NCBI RefSeq assembly: GCF_006345805.1
Contig: NC_043006.1
Span: 5,394,001 to 5,458,000 of the forward strand
DNA: 64,000 nucleotides
DNA from: Octopus sinensis
Taxonomy: Eukaryota
Direction of reading: 5' to 3'
Made by a program: the position numbers and the translations under genes. This document shows positions 54,442-64,000 of the stretch, piece by piece. The notes beneath the pieces are model-generated. The model did no database searches and was not told where the DNA came from. It was given only the letters and a program-made list of their open reading frames with translations. Each line of letters begins with the position of its first letter. Positions within the stretch are counted from its first letter, which is position 1.

Positions 54442-55220
54442 ATATGTGCGTATACGACAGGCTTCTTTCAGTTTCCGTCAATCCAAATCGTCTCGGGTTT
54501 AGGTGAGATTGAATCTGAATCCAGCACCGTTTGGTTGGGAAGAAAGCTTCTCACCACACAGCCACGCCTCCGACAAATGTGGAAGTTCTCTTACGAAGAC
54601 CATATTATAAACCATCGAGAGTCTATTACCTGGCTGAAACAGGAATATATTCTCGTTGCCTTCTTCAGATAACCATGAGAACAGCAAATACCGTTATCAG
54701 CTTTGGTACCTACTTATGATAGTAAGTGAGACAAGCAGAACTATTTTTCCTGTCCAAAAGCCCAACCACAACAAATTTAAAGGCTCAATATGTAACTGAT
54801 ACTATAAAATATTCTTTTAAGTGTCAATTTCCTTGTACAACTACAGTAAATTACTTGAAGGAAAACAGTTTTAAAATGCAGATTAAAGAATTTAAGAATT
54901 TTCGATCATATTTATATATTCAAACCGAAATGAAATCCCGAGGATTAAAACATGCATAATTCTTCGACAAATCAATTTCTTTCCAGAAATTTATGCTTCA
55001 AAAAATTGCTCCAAGCAATCAAGCGCAGGGGAGAAATATCTAAGCTATACCCAGCACTCTAAAACTGCAACATGTCACGCCTTGTTGGAAATCATTCATT
55101 TTATTTATTCCGTTTCTGGAGGAAAGCACTGCAACATCATACAACCTTCCATTTCATTCTCCTAAAATATACAGCACACACGGGTTAAATGGGAAAAAAT
55201 ATTTTAGGCAACATTACACT

Positions 55221-55316
55221 TGTATGTATGTATGTATGTATGTATGTATGTATGTATGTATGTATGTATGTATGTATGTATGTATGTATGTATGTATGTA
55301 TGTATGCATGTATGTG

Positions 55317-55348
<32 letters not shown>

Positions 55349-55500
55349 TGTATGTATGTATGTATGTATGTATGATGTATGTATGAATGCATGTATGTAT
55401 GTATGTATGTATGTATGTATGCATGTATGTATGTATGTATGTATGTATGTATGTATGTATGTATGTATGCATGCATGTATGTATGCATGTATGTATGCAT
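55221..55500. repeat. (TATG)n microsatellite
   Basis: Direct inspection. Confidence 0.95.
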
Positions 55501-55886
55501 GTTTGTGCAGATTTGTATGTTTTATGTATGTATTCTCATACATATAGTTACATATCTGGACATGCTCATATATATATTTAAATGATAAACTTCTGAAAAG
55601 TTTTACAGATCCAGTGATGGATTGCATCTGTTGACTTCGAATTAGCTTTCTCTTTTCTGGTTCTGACAAGCCTAATTTCTCAAGATTGGTATGTACGTAT
55701 GTATTTCATTATTCAGTTTATTCCAAGATTCCTCGCCAATAGAGGAAGAACTGGTTTCTAACCGAGATCCAAGGTTTATTCATTGGAATTTCAACATAAA
55801 CAAAAGGATATTTTTGTTTCTTTGTATGTATGTATCTATGTGCAGATTTGTATGTTTTATGTATGTATTCTCATGCATATAGTTAC

Positions 55887-55917
<31 letters not shown>

Positions 55918-55951
55918 TGTATGTATGTATGTATGTATGTATGTATGTATG

Positions 55952-56145
55952 TATGAAGGGGTGCAGGAAAGTTCCTGGCTTCAATGAAGTCTCGAAAGGC
56001 CTGGTTGGACGCCCAACCTTCCGAGTTCTTTTACAGGCCTTAGAAAAACTAAAGGACCTCTGCAATAAGTGTGTGAATCTAAGAGGGAATTATGTTTAAT
56101 CATAATTAATTGATCTTCCTGTATTTTCTTTTACCCAAAGCCCTC
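55952..56145 (+). mobile_element. Mariner-derived MITE
   Basis: Homologous to 22285-22496. Confidence 0.7.
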
Positions 56146-56414
56146 CCACTACTTTATATGTACGTACCTTTACCCATTTATACACGCACATCTTTTTTCT
56201 CATTAATATGTACACTTTTATACCGACCTTTGAATGGATCCTACACACTCACATATTAATAATCTCTATTAATTCATTTAGAATTATGAATCCACGAGTA
56301 AAATTTAAATATATTATAGGGTTAACTGATAAGACTTGTTTGTATAGACATACACAGTTTTACAGATAAGGACTTATCTATTCACGCAATACAATATTGA
56401 CATAAAAATATATC

Positions 56415-56620
56415 TTTTCTACTCTAGGCACAAGGCCAGAAATTTTGGGGGAGGGGATCAGACGCTTAGATCGACCCCAGTACGCAACAGGTGCTTAATT
56501 TATCGACCCGAAAGGATGAAACGCAAAGTCGACCTCGGCGGAATTTGAACTCAGAACATAAGGACAAACGAAATACAGGTATTTCGCCCGGCATGGTAAT
56601 GTTTCTGCCAGCTCGCCGCC
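56415..56620 (-). mobile_element. SINE family A with an alternative tail
   Basis: Family A head and central domain followed by CCCCTCCCCCAAAATTTCTGGCCTTGTGCCTAGAGTAGAAA; the same tail sequence recurs at about 13935-13970. Confidence 0.75.
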
Positions 56621-57044
56621 TTTGCATAACGAATAGAGCATATATTTTTATTGACATAAAAATATATATGCTCTATATATTTGCTCATGTAAATGCGCAT
56701 CATAAATGTGTATACATATCAATAAATAATTACAAATGCATCAACAACATACTTGTAGCCACTGGGTGGCCACGTACTTGTATGCACCGGTATGTACTAG
56801 TTACCATCATATTGCACCACAGAGATATGCATAAATCTAATTAAACAGAAAATAACAAATAAATAATATAATGTTGATTATCAAAAGGTTTTACCAAATT
56901 CCAAGCCAACATTTTGGTTCTATAGTTATATTTTTGAATAATTTCTGAGTGCCTGTTAATGATTTTACCATTGCGCAAGACAATGCATAGTGTCTCTTCT
57001 AAGCAGAGATTACATGACTTTGAATATACACGTGGGTGCTGGTA

Positions 57045-57087
57045 TACACACACACACACACGCACACACACACACACATACACACAC

Positions 57088-57126
<39 letters not shown>

Positions 57127-57282
57127 CACACATACACATACACACGCACATACGCACGCACACGCGCACACAGACACGCACGCACACGCGCACACACACA
57201 CGCACACACACACGCACACACACACACACACACATACACACACACGCACACGCACGCACATACACACACATACACACACACA
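57045..57282. repeat. (CA)n/(CACG)n compound microsatellite
   Basis: Direct inspection. Confidence 0.9.
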
Positions 57283-57438
57283 CCTTCGGAGCTCTTTTAC
57301 AGGTTTTAGAAAAAACTGAAGTGCCGCTGCAATAAGTTTGTGAAGCTGAGAGGGAAATGCGTTGAGTAAAATCACAAATTACTGATCCGCCCGTATTTTC
57401 TTTTACCTGAAGCCACGGATTTTTCAGTACCTCCACTA
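57283..57438 (+). mobile_element. Mariner-derived MITE, 3' part
   Basis: Homologous to about 22350-22496 and 56020-56145. Confidence 0.65.
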
Positions 57439-57924
57439 TAATTGTATGGATACGCATTCCACACTACTGACCATGTCATGCCGTAATGTTCCTTTCTTTC
57501 GCTGAAGTTCCAGATCAGGTCTGCGACGGATGTGCTTTATCGTTTTCAGATTCTCTTAAATAATTACGCCAACCATGTTTGATGACACAAACACATACAA
57601 ATAAAATCTGTTACCATTTTGGTTTGTCTACAATCAGATGGCTTGTGTTGTTCTGCTTGTTTACACCCAGGCTCTTGATCAAGTAATCACGATTTGAAAA
57701 TCATATCAGCTGTGACTTTATTTGTTTTTAAGATTATGTAGGATTGCGTCCTCCAATATAGTCGTCCCTTATTTAAGATGTTATAGAGTTTTGCTGCTAT
57801 TTCTCGCAGGTCAAACATATCTCTGCTTCTACAAGCTAGCGCCTGCCCTCATTAATTCTTGTTTGTTAACGTTTATACTTATATATATATATATATATAA
57901 TTATATATATATGTGTGTGTGTGT

Positions 57925-57958
<34 letters not shown>

Positions 57959-58137
57959 CATACACCAAGTAAGTTAGAGGTTGTGGATCCAACCCACTAA
58001 GGGATAATATTTATCAAATATACTGTTGGTATAATACTCAAATCATTAATACAGAAGTGTTTTTAATTGCAATGCAATTAACTTACTTATTGTATTAACT
58101 GGGTGAAGGTAAAGAAATATTTTATCATTAATTTATA

Positions 58138-58486
58138 ATACAAATAAGAAAATGGAGAAACAATTTAGTTGGTTCATCATACGTTAAAATTCAATACATA
58201 TAAGATAAGGATACAATTATAAAAATCTTAATATAAATGATTGAAATCATTAAAATCACTTCTTACAGCTGTTTCCATAGGCTGAAACAGCTGTAAGAAG
58301 TGATTTTAATGATTTCAATCATTTATATTAAGATTTTATAATTGTATCCTTATCTATATGTATTGAATTATAATGTATATATGTATGTTATTTTAAGTTC
58401 TCGTTTTTGTTAAATGAATAAATCAACATTCTAATATCCTAAAGCTAATAACCAACTAAAGCGTTTCTCCATTTGCTTATTTGTAT
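58138..58486. repeat. Long inverted repeat, probably tail-to-tail PLE termini
   Basis: Inner arms 58188-58275 and 58284-58369 differ by two 1-nt indels; 8-nt loop; outer arms 58138-58174 and 58450-58486. Confidence 0.85.
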
Positions 58487-59069
58487 ATGATTAATATATA
58501 TAAATAAATAATACACACAACACACACACACACCACACCCCACACACAACCACACACACACACATATATATATATATAGATATATATATATATATAATAT
58601 ATATATACGTACTCCCTAAACATGAATCTTTTAATAATAAAATCAACGCAATAGAATATATGTAAAGTATTTATTGTGAACATATGAAAGTGAATATAAA
58701 CAAATGCCAGATTCCGAAACGTGTTACATTCTCTTGTGTTTATACTTACCACCAAATCTAGGAATGTATTGCTTTTAGACTTGCGAACATCTAAACTTTA
58801 TTCAATCCTACTTTAATTCGCAAATATACAATGAACTGATAACTAGACATTTAGTCAAACTATTTTGGTAGTTTTCAGCCAATTGCTTTATCATTCATCA
58901 TTAGAAGCTGTCATACTTTTCCCAGAAGTAGGGAATGTAAAATATGTACAATTATGTTTAAAAGGTGGATCGCAGTGACTTTGCTTTCTTCTCTATTTCA
59001 CTAAGATTCAGTAAAGTCAGATTCAAAATATTATATCTGCACGTATATTTGTACATTAAGAGTTATTTC

Positions 59070-59726
59070 TTATTTCTTTATTGCCCACAAAGGGGCTAAA
59101 CATAGAGGGGACAAACAAGGACAGAAAAAGGGATTAAGTCGATTACATCGACCCCAGTGCGTAACTGGTACTTAATTTATCGACCTCGAAAGGATGAAAG
59201 GCAAAGTCGACCTCGGCGGAATTGAACTCAGAACGTAGCGGACAGACGAAATACCTCTTACTATCCTACAACGGGCTACAAAGGAAACAAACACACAGAC
59301 AAACGGACGACAAACCGATTAACAACAAGGCAGATCGATTACATCGACCCCAGTACGTACTGGTACTTATTTAATCGACCCCGAAAGGATCAAAGGCAAA
59401 ACCGACCTCGGCGGATTTTGAACTCAGAACGTAAAGACGGACGAAATACTACTAAGCATTTTGCACGGCGTGCTAACGATTCTACCAGCTCGCTGCCTTA
59501 TGTAGACTGTAATATTGACAGTTTGGCAATACCCGTAATGGGATGCCTAACGGCCCATTTAGTTTCTTGTACTCAGTTGAATCGATTGCTCTGACCACAC
59601 CATATTGTTTTGAATTATGTGAACTGACCGCGACTTTCACTGTTAAATACTCGGCGGAATTTGACAGACGAGACACCGCTGAGCATTTCGCCCGGCGTGC
59701 TAACGTTTCTGCCAGCTCGTCGCCTT
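59070..59726 (-). mobile_element. SINE family A composite (head + unique spacer + dimer)
   Basis: 15-bp direct repeat ATTAAGAGTTATTTC (59055-59069, 59727-59741) flanks the whole unit. Confidence 0.75.
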
Positions 59727-60176
59727 ATTAAGAGTTATTTCATGCATCAGATCGACAAGACTGAATGAATTGAAAATTAGGATAAAACGAAAATTGTAGA
59801 AAATAAAATCTTTAATACAAAGATTTTATTAAAGAAATTAAAAATTATAAATACCTTTTATTATTAAAGCATGATCTCTTTTGCGAACAAAGAAAAGTTC
59901 TTTGTGTAGTAGCGTAACGTATGCTTTATTGTTAATATGCCTAAGTAATGCGTTTAATGCACATGAGAAATCGATATGAATTGTCTGTTTTACCTGACAT
60001 AGTGGGTCGATAAGTGTTGTTTTGTCAATCGGACTAACCTGAGATAGGATCGATCGAGAGCCTTGTGGGTGCAAAGAAAATTTTTAACCGTGCACATATG
60101 CTTAAACATGTATGTATGTAAGTATGTACGTTCGTACGTCCATACGTGCGTATGTATGTATGCATGTATGTATAGT

Positions 60177-60385
60177 TAATCCAAACATGAAAATACAAAG
60201 AGAAAACACAACAACGCGAGGACGTGGAACAAGTATAGTGTTATTGGACGCTCAAGAAAGGAAAGAAAGAAGGAGGATTTAACGTTTCGAGCGGAGCTCT
60301 TCGTCAGAAACATAGGAAAAGGCAAGATCCAAGGAAGGGAAGATGGAGGAAAGAAATTGCCAACGATACACACGCGGTCACATTT
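60177..60385 (-). mobile_element. Family E PLE-type repeat with a canonical-core hammerhead fold
   Basis: Minus strand 60277-60311: GTTT CTGACGA A GAGC TCC GCTC GAAAC GTT AAAT. Confidence 0.7.
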
Positions 60386-60599
60386 TGAATGTATGTATGT
60401 ATGTATGTTTGTGTGTATGTATGTATGTATGTATGTATGTATGTATATATGTATGTATGTATGTATGTATGTGGTAAGACAAAGATATTTTATACGAGTG
60501 CAGGGTGACAGTAAGACATCTGAAAAAATATTGTCTCTGTATTAAACCTAAGCCAATATGGAATCAAGTGTGAACCTTGAGATAGTTATTCAAGAGCTT

Positions 60600-61016
60600 T
60601 AAGGTGGCGAGCGGCCAGAAACGTTAGCACGCCAGACGAAATGCTTAGCGGTATTTCGTCTGCCGTTACGTTCTGAGTTCAAATTCCGCCAAGGTCGACT
60701 TTGCCTTTCATCCTTTCGGGTCGATTAAATAAGTACCAGTTACGCACTGAGGTCGATATAATCGACTTAATCCGTTTGCCTGTCCTTGTTTGTCCCCTCT
60801 GTGTTTAGTCCCTTGTGGGTAATAAAGAAATAGGTATTTCGTCTGCCGTTACGTTCTGAGTTCAAATTCCGCCGAGGTCGACTTTGCCTTTCATTCTTTC
60901 AGGGTCGATAAATTAAGTACCAGTTACGCACTGGGGTCGTTGTAATCGACGTAATCCCTTTGTCTGTCCTTGTTTGTCCCCTCTATGTTTAGCCCCTTGT
61001 GGGCTATAACGAAATA
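60600..61016 (+). mobile_element. SINE family A dimer
   Basis: 20-bp TSD AGATAGTTATTCAAGA(G/A)CTT (60580-60599, 61017-61036); junction at 60833. Confidence 0.9.
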
Positions 61017-61835
61017 AGATAGTTATTCAAGAACTTCTGAATAGTTAACAACGAAGAAGGGTCTTGATTGTCGGATACTGAGATAAACAGTTAATGTTTT
61101 GCCAAAGATGAATCATTGATCTTCATCAACACGCCCTCAATGTAGACGAAAAGCATTCGAAGGTGGTTAGCGCTGGCAGAAACAAAATAGATACCTCCTG
61201 GTATCTCACCCGGCGAAAAAGCTTCCGACCGACTACATATCTGACTTTGTGCAAACATCTGCGTGTGTGCATGCATGCGTGTATGTGTGTGAGAGTGGGG
61301 TGCGTGCGTGTATGTGTGTGTGAGGGTGTGTGTGTGAGTGCGTGTGTGTGCGTGCGGGTATGTGTGTGTGTGAGGGTGTGTGTGTGCGCGCGGGTATGTG
61401 TGTGTGTTCGTGTGTGTGTGTGCGTGCGTGCGTGTGTGTGTGTGTGTGTATCGGCGTTTGTGCGCGCACTATGGGTGAACATAATCTAGCCAGCAGAAGC
61501 CGGACTATGCATTCTTTCCTTTTGTGTGTGCATAAACAGGCGTAGACGTGAAAGAAGTTATTGACAAGTTGTTTGTTGCAGTCGTTCGCCTTGTCACCGA
61601 ATCAAACGACCCTTACTAACTCTTCTCTTCCTTCTCCCTGTCTTTCCCCTCTAAAACCTCCCCTCGCCTATCAATTTACTCTCTCTGAACACTTCCTTCC
61701 TACACATGCGCAACAGTAAATTATCTACCTCTTCTAAGTACCCCTATTGCACCCCTTAATACAGTACTGGTTCAAAACGTTAGAAACTCCTAGTTGCAAA
61801 TCTGATTAGAAAAGTATACACATTATCTGCACACA

Positions 61836-61923
<88 letters not shown>

Positions 61924-61959
61924 CACAAACAAACAATCACATGCACACATCAATATCTA

Positions 61960-62195
61960 TAAATCTATATATATATAAAGATGTAGTTGTCTGTGTATGG
62001 CAGGTTTGGTAGGCTTCAACTAACACTATCTCTTCCGGGACCCTGCGGCGCGAGTTGACCAAAATTGAGAGTATGATAGAAGAAGGCTTGCTCTTCATTC
62101 CGTAGAAGATAAAATTCAAATCGGACCATGTTAACACTAAAAATTATTTACATCAAAAAGGTGCTTTTCTTCTATGAAAATCCCTATATTTTACA
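61960..62195 (+). mobile_element. Probable non-autonomous Helitron 5' part
   Basis: TCTATATATATATAAAGATGTAGTTGTCTGTG start and general composition resemble 34419-34802; no 3' CTAG found. Confidence 0.4.
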
Positions 62196-62362
62196 AATGA
62201 GCTATATTCCACTTCTTAATTTGATTGGAGGCAATGCAAGCAGGAACTAAAGGAACATTACTAAGATCCACACACAAAGATCAAATACATACATATACTC
62301 ATATATTCATTTATATCTACAGAACAGATATAAAATTCGACATATATAAATATAATAATATA

Positions 62363-62557
62363 TGGCCTAGTGGTTAGGGCAGCGGACTCGCGGTCGCAGG
62401 ATCGCGGTTTCGATTCTCAGACCGGGCGTTGTGTGTGTTTATTGAGCGAAAACACCTAAAAGCTCTACGAGGCTCCGGCAGGGGGTGGTGATCCCTGCTG
62501 TACTCTTTCACCACAATGGCGGTGCCCCAGCATGGCCACAGCTCAAGAGCTGAAACT
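62363..62557 (+). mobile_element. SINE family C head fused to a CR1-type 3' tail
   Basis: Family C sequence to ...CTTTCACCACA, then ATGGCGGTGCCCCAGCATGGCCACAGCTCAAGAGCTGAAAC. Confidence 0.8.
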
Positions 62558-63098
62558 GGAAAAACAAAAACAAACAAAAAACAAACACAAACAATATAAA
62601 TAGATAAAAATCATATAATATATATAAATATATAAGAATCAGTGCAGTTTTACATACAAAACACAGTGAATTTACGCTTAAAGTTATAAAACATTGACAT
62701 AATTAAAAATTTGGGATAATAAAACATAAAAGGGCTTACAGAAATACAGAAAAACCAAAATTACAAAAATCACAAATTTATTCATTTATTTCGGAGACGC
62801 GCCAATTAATATGATACATTTCATATTTTTGAAACTGACATTCCCCCCATTAGGATTTTTTTTACACAACACAAAATACATAGAAACAAAACGTAAAATG
62901 TATATGTTCTGTGATCAATAAAGTGCAGCGATATCTATAATAACCACCCTTCAATTTGATTTTCTGTTCCTAAGTTAATCGGAAATATAGATTGCCATGC
63001 TACTCATAAACCTTCTCAGCAGTTCAATTATTTGGTGAAAAAAATGCCACCAGAGCAATTTAAACCGTTCAAAGGACGGGATGCGTTTGCTAGTATTC

Positions 63099-63297
63099 TT
63101 TTACTCTTTTACTGGTTTCAGTCATTTGACTGCGGCCATGCTGGAGCACCGCCTTTAGTCGAGCAAATCGACCCCAGGACTTATTCTTTGTAAGCCCAGT
63201 ACTTATTCTATCGGTCTCTTTTTGCCGAACCGCTAAGTAACGGGGACATGAACACACCGGCATCGGTTGTCAAGCGATGTTGGGAGGACAAACTCAG

Positions 63298-63330
<33 letters not shown>

Positions 63331-63497
63331 CATATACACGACTGGCTTCTTTCAGTTTCCGTCTACCAAATCCACTCACAAGGCTTTGGTCGGCCTGAGG
63401 CTTTAGTAGAAGACACTTGCCCAAGGTGCCACGCAGTAACCCGGAACCATGTGATTGGTAAGCAAGCTACTTACCACACATCCACTCCTGCGCCTAT
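63099..63497 (-). mobile_element. SINE family B, near full length
   Basis: Matches 22964-23407. Confidence 0.9.
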
Positions 63498-64000
63498 GTA
63501 TATATATATATATATATATATAAGGTGTGTTATGAGCTTTTATAGAACACGTATCCTATGAAACTCAACAAATAATTAAAGATGGAGAGAAGTTGTTAAA
63601 GGTTTTATAAAATTTTAATCCGCACATACGATCGTTTCGAACGGTAATATTAACATACGCAAGCAACGAGAGAAACAAATGGAAAACAAGACAAGTAACA
63701 CAAAGAACGGCCCTTCATCAGTTGTCGGCTGTATATATATACATGTATATATATACATATATATATATATATATAAAGTGTGTTACTATCTGGGAGATCT
63801 TTATGGTAGCAGAAAAGGAATTTTAACTCCTATTACTAAATTCGGTGCACGGTGAAGCTGACCCCTAATTATAATTATGTTTATAATTATAGAATATTTG
63901 TATAATTTTTCTTAAAAAGGTTATTTTAGCGTACCGATCTACTTGGATAAAATTATATATAACTATATATATATATATATATATAACTATCTATAGATAC

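Noticed and set aside
55715-55800. Short repeat with GAAACCAGTT on the minus strand
   Set aside because: No palindromic stem III and no core; not counted as a hammerhead.

Overview
AT-rich, microsatellite-saturated animal genomic DNA, most likely octopus (inferred from the repeat landscape, not from a marker gene). No intact host gene is recognisable; one 130-nt candidate exon lies at 14850-14979. Most ORF-track entries are translations of (TA)n, (CA)n, (GA)n, (TATG)n and (ATCT)n arrays. The rest is transposon debris: several tRNA-derived SINE families (labelled A, B, C, F and OR-like here), RTE, CR1-group and Tx1/L1 LINE fragments, a Penelope-like element (PLE) with RT and GIY-YIG, a Gypsy LTR element with both LTRs, PBS, PPT and a 5-bp TSD but no RT/RNaseH, hAT and Tc1/mariner remnants, MITEs and non-autonomous Helitrons. 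The most interesting signal is a set of short PLE-type terminal repeats carrying minimal type-I hammerhead ribozyme folds: one canonical core, a four-copy family with a fixed A6U core, a U4C core inside a 68-bp inverted repeat, and a possible long-stem-II form. SINEs here also swap heads and tails, form TSD-flanked dimers and composites, and share a covarying 3' stem-loop with a CR1-group LINE. All assignments were made by eye; none were confirmed by database search or folding software.
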